Positions 20,431 to 33,400 of a stretch of 64,000 nucleotides of DNA are shown piece by piece (the stretch's first letter is position 1; the number at the start of each line of letters is the position of its first letter). This stretch comes from Eledone cirrhosa. Lineage: Eukaryota. Where the stretch lies: positions 91,264,001 through 91,328,000 of the forward strand of contig OZ024742.1 in assembly GCA_964016885.1 (NCBI GenBank), read 5' to 3'. The position numbers and the translations under genes are program-made. The notes below the pieces were generated by a model. The model was not told the origin of the DNA, did no database searches, and was given only the letters and a program-made list of their open reading frames with translations.

Positions 20431-20817
20431 CATATGCATACATATATCTATGTGTGTGTACGTGCGGTGGTGTATGAGTGTGTACGGGTTGGGTGGTAAG
20501 ACGATCACTGCAGGTCAATTAAATTCACTGAAAAGTTTATCAAGAATGACAAATGTGAGTCTTACGTTATAGTTTGTTTGTTTACTTGCTTTTTTCTCTC
20601 TTTTGTTGGTTGTCTGCTCTTAATTTCGCTTATCCTTGTTTATTTATTTATATATTTATTGTTATTTCGATGGAGAATAAGGGACCATCCTATAGGTGTA
20701 GCTCTTTCAAGGCCTTTTAGATTGATTGCTTATTCCGAGGCAGTGAATCGCCTATCTTCCATCTCAAGGACGTTATAAGGTACTGGTCGGTCGGTGCTAT
20801 CTTGAATAGATACCCGT

Positions 20818-21970
20818 CCAATGTGCCATACCGTTTTTGAACCCGATGTTGCGCAGTGCGAAGATAACTTTCTAAGTATAATAACCTAGCTGCATCCAAT
20901 ATGCCATACCGTTTTTGAACCCGATGTTGCGCAGTGCGAAGATAACTTTCTAAGTATAATAACCTAGCTGCATCCAATGTGCCATACGGTTTTTGAACCC
21001 GATGTTGCGCAGTGCGAAGATAACTTTCTAAGTATAATAACCTAGCTGCATCCAATGTGCCATACGGTTTTTGAACCCGATGTTGCGCAGTGCGAAGATA
21101 ACTTTCTAAGTATAATAACCTAGCTGCATCCAATGTGCCATACCGTTTTTGAACCCGATGTTGCGCAGTGCGAAGATAACATTCTAAGTATAATAACCTA
21201 GCTGCATCCAATGTGGTATACCGTTTTTGAACCCGATGTTGCGCAGTGCGAAGATAACATTCTAAGTATAATAACCTAGCTGCATCCAATGTGCCATACC
21301 GTTTTTGAACCCGATGTTGCGCAGTGCGAAGATAACATTCTAAGTATAATAACCTAGCTGCATCCAATGTGGTATACCGTTTTTGAACCCGATGTTGCGC
21401 AGTGCGAAGATAACATTCTAAGTATAATAACCTAGCTGCATCCAATGTGCCATACCGTTTTTGAACCCGACGTAGCGCAGTGCGAAGATAACATTCTAAG
21501 TATAATAACCTAGCTGCATCCAATGTGCCATACCGTTTTTGAACCCGATGTTGCGCAGTGCGAAGATAACTTTCTAAGTATAATAACCTAGCTGCATCCA
21601 ATGTGGTATACCGTTTTTGAACCCGATGTTGCGCAGTGCGAAGATGACTTTCTAAGTATAATAACCTAGCTGCATCCAATGTGCCATACCGGTTTTTGAA
21701 CCCGACGTAGCGCAGTGCGAAGATGACTTTCTAAGTATAATAACCTAGCTGCATCCAATGTGGTATACCGTTTTTGAACCCGATGTTGCGCAGTGCGAAG
21801 ATGACTTTCTAAGTATAATAACCTAGCTGCATCCAATGTGCCATACCGTTTTTGAACCCGCCGTAGCGCAGTGCGAAGATGACTTTCTAAGTATAATAAC
21901 CTAGCTGCATCCAATGTGCCATACCGCTTTTGAACCCGACGTAGCGCAGTGCGAAGATAACTTTCTAAGT
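20818..21970. repeat. 78-bp tandem minisatellite, ~15 copies
   Basis: Unit ccaatgtgccataccgtttttgaacccgatgttgcgcagtgcgaagataactttctaagtataataacctagctgcat. Confidence 0.97.
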
Positions 21971-22243
21971 TGGTTAATATCCAGTTTGAACTGTTGGTTG
22001 AACACACACATACGCATAGACATATGTATGTATTTATTTTATACGGTTACTGTTTTCAGTGCTAAGGCGAAGGACATATAGAAGCAGTGCATTCAAAGTA
22101 CTTAGATGAATATATGGACTACAGCACTTCGTCTATCTGTTCGACAAAGGTGTTTTTATCGATCTCATGGAAAAAATAATAAATCGTCATTCAAGCAGAC
22201 ACTTCTGATGGAACATACATATAAATACACACACACGCATATA

Positions 22244-22327
<84 letters not shown>

Positions 22328-22329
<2 letters not shown>

Positions 22330-22463
22330 AAAATGTTTTACCCCGGTGGCAAAGCTCAAGCCGTTTCGACGGCTATTTCTGAGTCCACCTTAACTCTCCT
22401 ACCCTAAGTATTGAGTACTCTGGTGCGTTAAGGTCCATCTGGTTCCTTACCATACCTCCTTCG

Positions 22464-22465
<2 letters not shown>
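22328..22465. mobile_element. Family B fragment with internal inversion
   Basis: HHR half on - (22328-22385) joined to the 3' tail on +; (TA)n on both sides. Confidence 0.75.
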
Positions 22466-22533
<68 letters not shown>

Positions 22534-23239
22534 TTCCATGTTGTTAAAAAAAGGCATTCAGTACGTTGGTCGAGTATAGGTACTTTATTAAATATATATA
22601 TACATGCATTGTTATACTTTGGGTCATGTTGCTAATATAAACTGACAAAGACACGAGGCTATGAAACAGAATAAAGAGGAGACACAAAGTAACATAAAAA
22701 GTAGTCACTGGGGAGGTCACAGAATGTGTGACGAAAGAGCCTTAACAATAAAAAAAAAAACAACTAAAAATCATCCGACGGGGAAATTATAATAATAAAT
22801 TGAAGTGAAACCCAAGAGGTGCGTTTTTATTGGCAGCATGACCCCCACAAAGTATAACAATATATGTTTCAACACACGTTTTCAGATTTAAAAAAACGTG
22901 GAAAACAAATTCAAACACGAAGTATACTTGGATTAACAGGAATTAGTCAACACCAGCGGTTGGTTTAACAATATATGGCGCGTGTTCTGTTTGCGGATAG
23001 GTTAATCGACAGTCTTACGTGCATACATGCATATATATATATATACAAACATATATACGCACGAACACACTCATACACACATATATATATATAAATATGT
23101 ATATATTGGTTCAGAAGAGATTGTTTTGGTAAAAACAGGAACAAACAGGAGAAAGCTCTCAACAATCGTAGTTTTTAGTTACGATGGAGATTTTTATAAG
23201 AATAACAAAATAAGATGCTGAGGTTACATATATCGTTTA

Positions 23240-23328
23240 ATCATAATAATTATTTCCACGGTTCTCCATCCAATCGAGATATCCTTCATGCATTTGTTGT
23301 TGTTATGAGAACGGTTTCCTCAGATGAT
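23240..23328 (-). ncRNA. Type I hammerhead with ~60-nt stem-loop II
   Basis: atcat-CTGAGGA-aaccgttctc...gagaaccgtg-GAAA-taatta-TT-atgat. Confidence 0.72.
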
Positions 23329-23409
23329 ATCCGATATGTTTGATATGCCGTCGGCAGGAAAAAACACACGTCCTATTGCTTGTGTGCCCAGCAGGTATAT
23401 ATGTATCTC

Positions 23410-23456
<47 letters not shown>

Positions 23457-23501
23457 ATGGAATACTGTTAGCTTCTCGCTGCAACAATTTCTATACTTTT
23501 C

Positions 23502-23552
<51 letters not shown>

Positions 23553-23557
<5 letters not shown>

Positions 23558-24367
23558 AATATGGGGAGAAGAATACTGCATGGTTGCACATGGATTACAT
23601 GTTATAAAATGAGTCCCTCATCAGTGATTTGCCAACGATCATTGGTATTTCATCGCATTAAAAATCATATACCTCACGTTGGTGCGACAATAACTAAAAT
23701 AAGTTATTGGGACAATTGAAACGCGTAAAGCTAGTGAGACAAGTAAACAACACGGGGGAAAGCTAACCGAAGATGGAAAGAAACACAAGCAACATGTTTA
23801 TTCTGTCAGCATAAGCTGGGTGAATACATGAGCGAGTAAGAAACACCTTTCGCTAGTGAATCCGATGTGAGAAAGAAGGAAAATCGGGTTCGTAGCGGAC
23901 GGGAGGAAGTAAGAAGGGGAGAAACAGAGAGTGAGTGAGTGGAAGTGCGAGGAAGAGGTCAGTAGAGAGAAAGTGTTAACTGACATGACAGAGGGGACGA
24001 AAGAAAGTAAGAGAAACAGAGAGAACGAGGGAGCAGTAAGAGAGAAAGAGAGAAACATAGAATCGCAGTTTAGGTAAATATATGAAAAATATGGGGAGAA
24101 GAATACTGCATGGTTGCACATGGATTACATGTTATAAAATGAGTCCCTCATCAGTGATTTGCCAACGATCATTGGTATTTCATCGCATTAAAAATCATAT
24201 ACCTCACGTTGGTGCGACAATAACGAAAATAAGTTATTGGGACAATTGAAACGCGTAAAGCGAGTGAGACAAGTAAACAACACAGGGGAAAGCTAACCGA
24301 AGATGGAAAGAAACACAAGCAACATGGTTATTCTGTCAGCATAAGCTGGGTGAATACATGAGCGAGT
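23553..24367 (-). mobile_element. Family C non-coding tandem element (530-bp unit, ~1.5 copies) with rearranged hammerhead motifs at 23613-23713 and 24143-24243
   Basis: Direct repeat with period 530; homologous to 52555-53147 and 60378-60720; flanked by (TA)n. Confidence 0.88.
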
Positions 24368-24864
24368 ATATATATATTGGACTCTAATCATTATATTAAG
24401 TATTACCACCCCACTTTTTGTATGTGTGGATGTGTGTGTGTGCCTGTGGGGGTGGGTGTGAGTGTAGTGCAAGCCAACCTACATAAGCCTTTTTATTTGT
24501 AAACTTTCTACTCCAACCATAATTTTCAGTAGCACCACTCCACATAAATTCCTCAATTTAAGAATAACCTGTAGTATCTATTTCATACTATTAACCCTAT
24601 TTGAAAATATATCTGACCAAGAATGCCTTTTGTGAAAATGAGTCATGTGGAACTATTGTCATCTTGCCTGATGGTTTGAACCTTACAGAACCACCTGCCT
24701 CTTTGAGGTCAAATACCAACCTACTACCATCTACAAACTGACCAATGAGAATCAAGACCATTCCTGCTGACAACATCAAAGTATTCCTAACAAGCTCATA
24801 TGTCCCAAGGCTCTGATACCATCAACACTATACACACAGAGCTGGCATATCTAAGAACTGACTA

Positions 24865-24920
24865 ACTGCCTGATGAGGTCATAGCCATTCAATGGCTATC
24901 ATCGAAATATATATAGCAGT
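24865..24920 (+). ncRNA. Minimal type I hammerhead
   Basis: actgc-CTGATGA-ggtc atagccatt c aatggctat catc-GAAA-tatata-TA-gcagt; ~45 nt upstream of a (TA)n tract. Confidence 0.78.
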
Positions 24921-25289
24921 AAATAAAGGATTATGAATTCATGCAATTGACTTATGTTTCGTCACTATATATATATATAGAGAGAGAGCTGCATATTTAC
25001 CTCACCAGCCATCATGCTAGCGTGCAATTTTGCTCATTAAAGTAGTATTGAACTTGTGATGCTAATTTGTGCCACAGACTGGAGAACCGTTCTGTTGGTA
25101 AGGTATGATTTGGCACGAATACTGAAATGAAGATAGCAAGTTTGGCTTTTAAATTACCCCCCCCCCCTTCTTCTGATTACTGAATACTGACGCTGCTGCA
25201 TTAATGCACCAGATTTTGCAGTTGTTGCGCTTACTTAAACTTCCTGCCTTCCGGCACTCGGGAACACGACCCACCTACTTCAGTAAAAC

Positions 25290-25490
25290 TCCATTCCCAT
25301 GTAAAGTGCACTGCGTAGGCTTTGAATTTTCATCCCAGCCATGCAGCACTCGGTATCAAACGTATCAAGTGCAAGTCGGTGAGTTAAGAAGCACCATGTC
25401 GTCTGCAAATTCCAGCCGACTGAATTTTATACCCACCAGTGGTGATATCACTTCCAACCCGGCTGCGCACATCAATCCTGTTCATGAAGT
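25290..25490 (-). mobile_element. RTE LINE RT fragment
   Basis: SRLEFADDMVLL; similar to 36050-36203. Confidence 0.75.
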
Positions 25491-25806
25491 ACAAAATACA
25501 AATACCTAAATACCTGGTTTATCAGGAGCCCAAATGCCAATTATTCAATTTACTACAAATAAGAACACTTAGATACTAATGGTAAACCCTGATAAGCTGT
25601 CTAAATCAATTACAGGATAATCACAGTATTTTTGATCATAGGTCTGACTGATCAGTTTTAACTAGACTTCATTAACCCTATGATCATTTTTAATAATTAC
25701 ACAGAAATATTCAATTACAATGTTTGTGTTACTACCTTACGGCATGCATGTCTATTCTCGATTTCTTATATAGAATCAGATCCCTTTCACTCACTCACCA
25801 CACACT

Positions 25807-25892
<86 letters not shown>

Positions 25893-25960
25893 TGTCTATG
25901 AGGGTAAGTATTTGTCCTCGAATACAAGCTCCTACTAAGTGTATTTAAACTACACATATA

Positions 25961-26148
25961 TAATTGTTTCTACTTTTGGCACAAGACCAGCAATTACTCA
26001 ATGTATTACTGGTACTTTATTTTATCGACCCCGTAAGGATGAAAGGCAAAGTTAACCTCAGCGGGATTTGAACTCAGAATGGCAAGGGCCGTAACTCTAT
26101 GCGTCAAAGCATGGCGTCCGACCCTCTACCGATACTGCCTATCCACCC
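25961..26148 (-). mobile_element. Full-length tRNA-derived SINE with target-site duplication
   Basis: A-box-like aggcagtatcgg and B-box gttcaaatcc on -; TSD aaac(t/c)acacatatataat at 25947 and 26149. Confidence 0.9.
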
Positions 26149-26308
26149 AAACCACACATATATAATGTGTGCATTGGTCCTCAGGGTTAACGAAACGTAC
26201 GTACTTGGTATGGCGCCGCTGTAGTAACTGGCCTTAAGAATCATATTCAAACTCGCCATACGGATTTAAGTTTCTATATACCTTGAATGTTTACCTACCT
26301 ATTTCAAC

Positions 26309-26358
<50 letters not shown>

Positions 26359-27315
26359 TATATATATACATGTGTGTGTGTGTGTGTGTTTATGTGTAAG
26401 TATATAACACACACACAAATGTATGTTTGTATGTATATATATATATCCGCATAAGCCTTAAATATGTCTTATCTATCATCTTATCCATGTCATATCATTT
26501 ACTCTCCACTAATAAGAATAATATGTCCATGCCCAACATTCATGTTTTGCTTCCTTCCACACCTCCTCAGACCCTTTCCCACCAAGACACCAAAACTTAG
26601 ATAAGGCTAATTGTAATTAAATGCCCTTTGACGGGATCCCAGATGCAGGGTTAATAACAATGCGGTTCAGATTGCCTACCGACAAGAGTAGCAGTGTTAC
26701 TTCTAGTCTGATATGTTATATTAATTGTGGATCTATGTTGTTGTTTTTTTACTAATTGTATTAGATATTTCATCGTTATGGGGTGGAAAGTCTCATAAAC
26801 CAAGTTGCCAACACGAGCAACAATAGCAACACAAGCACCGCTAATAACTGTACGACGGCGACCACTACCAACAAAAGAACAATAACAGCAGTTGTTCTAA
26901 CAAAAGGGCCCTCCACACCACCATACAACCTCCTAGAGATATCGGCCAAATTCACTTCAAAACATATCTTAACATCTTAAATAAATTAACAAAAAATATT
27001 TAGATAATATGGTCTTAGACACCTGTAAAACGACAAAATGATCGCGACTGGAATGTTTTTGATCAAAATTCTTTACAGTCAGTGCTAGATTGGTGATCAG
27101 CGAAGGTGAGTCTATGTGGTCTATTGATGTACTAGAAATTGTAATCAAATCTCCCTAAATTCATTAGTCAACTGTCTTAAATAAATAATACTGTATGCAA
27201 TGTAATCACGAATAAAATAATAAAAAAATAGTCCTAGTTGTAAAACATTTCATAATAAGTTTCATCGTTCAGGGCTGAACTGGGGCTAATAAAGAAGCAC
27301 GACAGCAACTGGAGG

Positions 27316-27356
<41 letters not shown>

Positions 27357-28094
27357 TAGTCATAAGAAGGAAAGAAGAAGGGATATTGCTAGGACAATAA
27401 GAAAGTGCATGTTCAAACATCTAGTATAGGCGCAAAGCCATCCAATTTGAAGAAGAATTATAGTAGTTTAAATTAACGGCCAATAATTTACTGGTAATTA
27501 TTTGATTGAACTTGGAAGTATAGGGAATATAATCATCCCCGGCAGAATTCGAGCTCGGCGTCTGAATGCATGTAACTAAACTCTATGAAATGCATTGATT
27601 ATCATTCGTAAGAATCTGCTATTCAATCGTTACTGTCTATTATTATCTGCATCATAATTCTCAAGGCAAAAATAATCTCGGTGGTATATGAACTTGGAAC
27701 ATTAAAAGCCGGATCAAATATTGCGAAGCATTTGTCCGACGCTCTAACAACTCGGCATATTATTAATAGTTAAATAATCGTTAGTTGCAGAGCAATCGGT
27801 GGTCCTATTTCAGACAGAGATATTACCACGAGTTCCCGATCGAAACAGCTTTAATGTTCTATATTATCGCATACGTTAAACTAATGAGATAATGTATGTA
27901 TGATATTATATGTATAGACCCATAACTCAAGAGGGCGTCGTTGGGGTGCCACATTGACACACGGCGTTTCTAGGGCATTTCTTAACACCTGGCAAAGCCC
28001 ATCACTTCTCCAGATCTTAATACAGCAAATTTCTTCCATAGAAGGAAAGAGAGTGAGGGAAAAGAAGTGAAAAAGATATATAGACGTAGAATCT

Positions 28095-28245
28095 ACCCCA
28101 GTACTAGACTGGTACTTTTTTTATTGACACTGAATGGATGAAAGGCAAAGATAACCTCGGCGGAATTTGAACTCAGAAAGCAAAAACGTTATACCGCAGT
28201 GCATTCTATCCAACGTTCTGATGACTCTGCCAATTTGCCACCTAT
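28095..28245 (-). mobile_element. Older tRNA-derived SINE copy
   Basis: ggatgaaaggcaaagataacctcggcggaatttgaactcaga core. Confidence 0.8.
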
Positions 28246-29192
28246 TAAAATAATATGGAACATTAAACTGTTTCTGCCGGGAACCCATTGCAACGAGTAT
28301 GTCTAAAATCGGACCGTTAATTTTTCGGCAGATAAGGAATCAAGCAACATTTAGACTACGTAACATTGCAAAATATTGATACGTCATAGCAAGTCGTATC
28401 ATATTATTGCATAGCAAAATCATAACATATCAAAGCCATATCATGTTGTTGCAATGTAATGCCATATCATATTATTGCAAAGAAATACAATACCATACCA
28501 TATACAAGTTCACATCATATCATTTCACAGAAGGGCCATTTCATAGTACAATGGCAGTAAAAATCATAGCATACCGATATCATAGTAAATTCATACACCA
28601 GCATAAGTATTTGAATTTAGTACTTGAAAGCAATATAACACTTGCCAAATATACTGTGCAGCATACTACCTAAGAATGCAAGATGATAGAAACTGTAGAA
28701 CACCGGACAGTACTTAGCTTTGTCCCTCTAAATTTTAAAGGAGAAATCTTCGCTATCAGAATTGGTATGGCTGGAACACATACGATTATATGTTAGCTCA
28801 AACAGGGTTGACCCGCAGCGAAACGATAACACCTTTACTGCCATCACCACTGCCAACAATCTAACAAGGGGTCAGAATGAGGGTTATTGTAAATGAAGGA
28901 GTACAATAATTTAAAGTCGTGTTTAAAGGTCTAGGAAAGTTTTACAGTAAAAACATTCCAGATGTGTAATGTGGTCGAATGAATTACTTACTAGCACGTA
29001 AGTTCTTAAATAAACATAAAATAGCGCACATAGACACTACCTGTCTCTTTATCTCTCACTTTTTCTTTCTTTTTCTTCTACTTTTTTTCTTCGTCTTGTA
29101 TCTCCCTCTATTTCTCACACCATATCCCTCACTATCAGCCCATAATGCGAAATGTTTATTTTCTAAAGACAAACATACATGCATACATGAAC

Positions 29193-29296
<104 letters not shown>

Positions 29297-29564
29297 CAGA
29301 TTTATCGAGTTGTGTTGAGTTTGGGCAATGGTGACGATGATAAATTCCTAATATATATACGCGCCTAACTTTTACTGTCTCCTAAGTTAGTTGAATGCCG
29401 AGGCTGGAAGCTATATTTATTTTTTTCTAATCATGGAATTTTTTTTAGATCTTGCCAGTAGACTACTACTAACTAATCACGTAACAGTAGCTACAAAACT
29501 TCTGTAGCCGTAGCAGTTACTCACGAGGACTCTTCAAAACAATACAACTAAAAAGAGGATGCTA

Positions 29565-30498
29565 TCTGCTACTCACCTTCTCTCTCACTTCCTCCATCGT
29601 CCCACACCGTACGAAATTCTTTCCTCGCTCACATTCCCACGGCCAAGATGTGTCTTTGCCTTCTCGTCAATATTCGCACGTTCAAATGTTCAAATGAATT
29701 ATTGACTTGATTTTCTCATTTTTTCCTCTCTTTACGTCGCTTCACAATTCGTTTTTGTTTACCTGTCTCTCTTTCTCCGCCCAATTCTTTTTATCCCAAT
29801 ACCTTAATTTAGTTATTGTATCGCCTTAGCTTGAGGTATATGGTCTGTAATGCGAAGAAATACGTGTGATGGCTAGTAGACCACTGATGACGGATAGTCC
29901 TGGCTTCTATTTCTAATTCTTCATTTATTATATATATCATTTTGCAACAACACAGCTCGCCATTTTTCATTCATATATGCTTTCCCCTTCGCTGTGACCT
30001 GTCTTTTTCTCTTCCCTTACTGCTATCCTCTTTCTCTCTCCCCTTCTCTCTCCATCTCCCTCTTACTTTCACTCACTCCCTCTGCTAGTCACGCTCTCTC
30101 CGCTAGCCTCTTCCTCACACTTTCACTCACTCACTCTCTGCTACTCACCTTCTCTCTCACTTCCTCCATCGTCCCACACCGTACGAAATTCTTTCCTCGC
30201 TCACATTCCCACGGCCAAGATGTGCCTTTGCCTTCTCGTCAATATTCGCACGTTGTTCAAATGAATTATTGACTTGATTTTCTCATTTTTTTCCTCTCTT
30301 TACGTTGCCTCACCATTCGTGTTTGTTTACCTGTCTCTCTTTCTCCATCCAACTTTTTTTATTCCAATAACTTAATTTAGTTATTGTATCGCCCTAGCTT
30401 GAGGCATATGGTCTGTAATGCGAAGAAATACCTATGATGGCTGGTGGACCGCTGATGACGGATAGTCCTGGCTTCTATTTCTAATTCTTCATTTATTA
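29565..30498 (+). mobile_element. Family C' non-coding tandem element (~568-bp unit, ~1.6 copies) with rearranged hammerhead motifs at 29792-29896 and 30360-30464
   Basis: Direct repeat; diverged relative of family C; ends in (TA)n. Confidence 0.85.
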
Positions 30499-33400
30499 TA
30501 TATATATACTTTTCTCTCTCATTTTGTGTCAGGCACTGTTATCAACTAAACCTTTCACTTGAACTAATAATAACAATACATTCACATGCTAGAAATATAC
30601 AAATATATATTCACAAATATACGTGCAAAAATATACATTAAAATTGCATTGCCACCGTCTAATGTCTGACAAAAGACAAGGAATACAAGACATACAACAA
30701 TATGAAATCTAACGAGATAATTCGGAATAAGCCAAAAGGTATAAAAAAACAAAAACATGGTTATCGATACTATTTTTTCCGTGTAATAATATATTAGATA
30801 ATTGCCTGACTCTATTTGATGGTCTTAACTAGTAGAACATTAATTTTTCTTTCATACTTGGCTTCCTTTGCTCGTTTGCCGCCTTTTCATCTTCATCCCT
30901 TGTTTTCTTTTCATTCCATTTACTCTCTTACCACAACCACTTCCATCGCCAACCCCATCAACTTTGTTTTTATCTTTTTCTTAATTTCTTCATGTCATTT
31001 TTCTTTTTTTCACTTGTTCGTGTAATCTATTTGTCGTTTCATGGTTATATTTGTTTGTTTGGTACTTTTTGTTGGGTGAAAAGCGAGTACTTCTGTTTGC
31101 GTGTTTGTTTAGTTTCTTTTTGTTTGTGTTTTGAATGCCGCAGCTACTTTTTAGTGTTCAACAATATAATATCTTCACGACAATCTCTTCGACTCATCCA
31201 ACCTACCACCTCTCCTTTAAAACTGTATGTACTAACAAACGAAAAAATAAACCAACAATAACAATAAATACAACAAGAATAGTTAATTAACAAGACAGGT
31301 CGAATGTTTTAAGTTCGAGCATGAGTGAAAGTTAGGTATGTTGGAATGGAGCGTGATTGGGTGGCAAGGGTGTGTACGGGGGATAAGGTGTACTAAAGGA
31401 CCTGAAGACATGTATTTGTTTGGGAATAACAATTAACAATGTTGTTTGTCTCGTTTGAGAAAGCACAAACACAGACATAATCACGTGCATTCACAGACAC
31501 AAACACATACACACCTACCCTTTCTCCTGCCATTCCAATATTTTACACATCAGTTACTTACACGAGTAAATTACCAGCGAAGGAAAATTTACGTATATCT
31601 CAGCTGCCCAGAAAAAGCTGAAAATTCTCCCACAATTTCGAATAGAGGAAGGATATGGTTAATGTATGTCGAAAAAACGACAACATTATCACTTCTGGAG
31701 CCTTATATAAGTCGGTTTAATCCGGCCTGAACATTTAACTCTGCACTATCCTCTCTTTCTATCTCAATGACAGAGTTGTATATTAGTATAACTATTAGTA
31801 ACGGCAGAACTGAAAATTGATAAGCATTTCAATGTCTAAGGGCCTTAGCTTCAAACTCATCCTGTGTACAGAGCGCTCTCCATCAATTTGCAAGTGGGAC
31901 TATCGAATTATCTTTCTAGAACACAAAAGCGCTACAGAGTCCAATGACATGACAAACGTTAGACCATGAGATTTTATTATCCTTTTTATATGCTGCTGTA
32001 TGAAATAATGAACTTATTTCACCGTGTTTTAAATTCTGTTAATAAGTGTTCTCCAATCGCCTTCTACTTTGAAACATAAACATGTTTACGTGTTTGTTTA
32101 TTTTCTTTTTGTTTTTGTTTTGAATTAAGTAAATTCTGAAATACGAAGAAATTGGTGCTGGCCTGTGTCGACAAAAATGTACTTGTTTACAGCTCAAACG
32201 ACAACACCATTTTTTTTACTCCTTACTCGCAGACGAAGAGCAGAGTCTGAAGTGTTGTAATTTACACTTTTCACGGAAATTTAACTTACCTAACTCTCGT
32301 ATGAATTTTCCTAAACTCAATGTTGAGCAACCACTGTCTCAACATTAGATTTTATCCACTCCTCACTTTATATCTCTTCCCGTCTTTCTTTCTTCTAATT
32401 TCATTACATACATTTTCGTTCATTTGAACTTATTTGCTGTTGACTTCTTCATAATCTAAACCATTTTTGTTGCTCTCAATATATCTCAGCTACCAAAAAC
32501 TGAAGTGAATATTTCTGTCCCAAATACTTTTACGTAGTACATCATCCCATTGATACATCGCATGATTTCCTTATAACTGATAACATACACGAGTTAAAAT
32601 AAGTCATTAACAACGCTAGCTGTACCCAATTATCTCTTTAGATGTATGTCGAAACATCTAAAGAGGTTGTGACAAATTAATATAAAATTATATTAAAATA
32701 ATTTAATTAGCAAAACCTGCACCCTCTGGAGGGGGGAAATTCTCACTAGATTAATGATTCTCAGGCGTGAGGCACTTAGCTCCCATGGGGGGAATTGAAG
32801 CCAACCAGAAGGTTTCGGAAGGAATGTTACTCATGGAAAGAATCAGAACTGGCAAATGAAACTGCATTGTGTATATATCAAATTAGATACCAAAATACCC
32901 AACTATAAGGGCGATCCCGAATTAGAAGTTCACAAAAAAATATATATATATAAATAAAATAAATAAAATAAAATAAATTGCTGCTTCAGACTTAATTCAG
33001 TTTGGTTCTATACAATTTTTGAGGTTTGAAAATCGTGACTATTACAGGTCGTTAACGAATGACAATCAGGCCGTGAAGGTCTATATCATTATGGTTGAGT
33101 GTAAGAATCTGGAACAGACAGTGATTGTCTAAAATATATATTAGGATAATAATTGTTTCTACTTTTGGCACACTGGTACTTTATTTTATATGAAAAATAA
33201 GCTGTATATCTGAGTTTCAAGAAATCTTCACAAATGTTGACAGTTGTTGATATTTGCAGATTTGTTGAGAACATTAATGAACATTTACCAATATTTCAGA
33301 GTAACTGTAATTCCATGTTCGTACCCACGGCTAATAATATCAACCTCTACGAGATGGTCTGCAACTCTCATCTCATTGAATAAAATGTTGGATGGCGATA

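Noticed and set aside
20717-22007. 320-aa and 113-aa repeat ORFs; CRISPR-like appearance
   Set aside because: Pure tandem 78-bp repeat with no unique spacers and no cas genes; the frame is broken by a 1-bp insertion near 21690.
23632-23682. SECIS element in family C
   Set aside because: The AUGA and GA strands are in the reverse order for a SECIS hairpin, there is no apical AA loop, and no linked UGA-containing ORF; a generic K-turn fits better.
25672-26190. TTAA-flanked piggyBac-like MITE
   Set aside because: Only ~8 bp of terminal match (ttaaccct/agggttaa).
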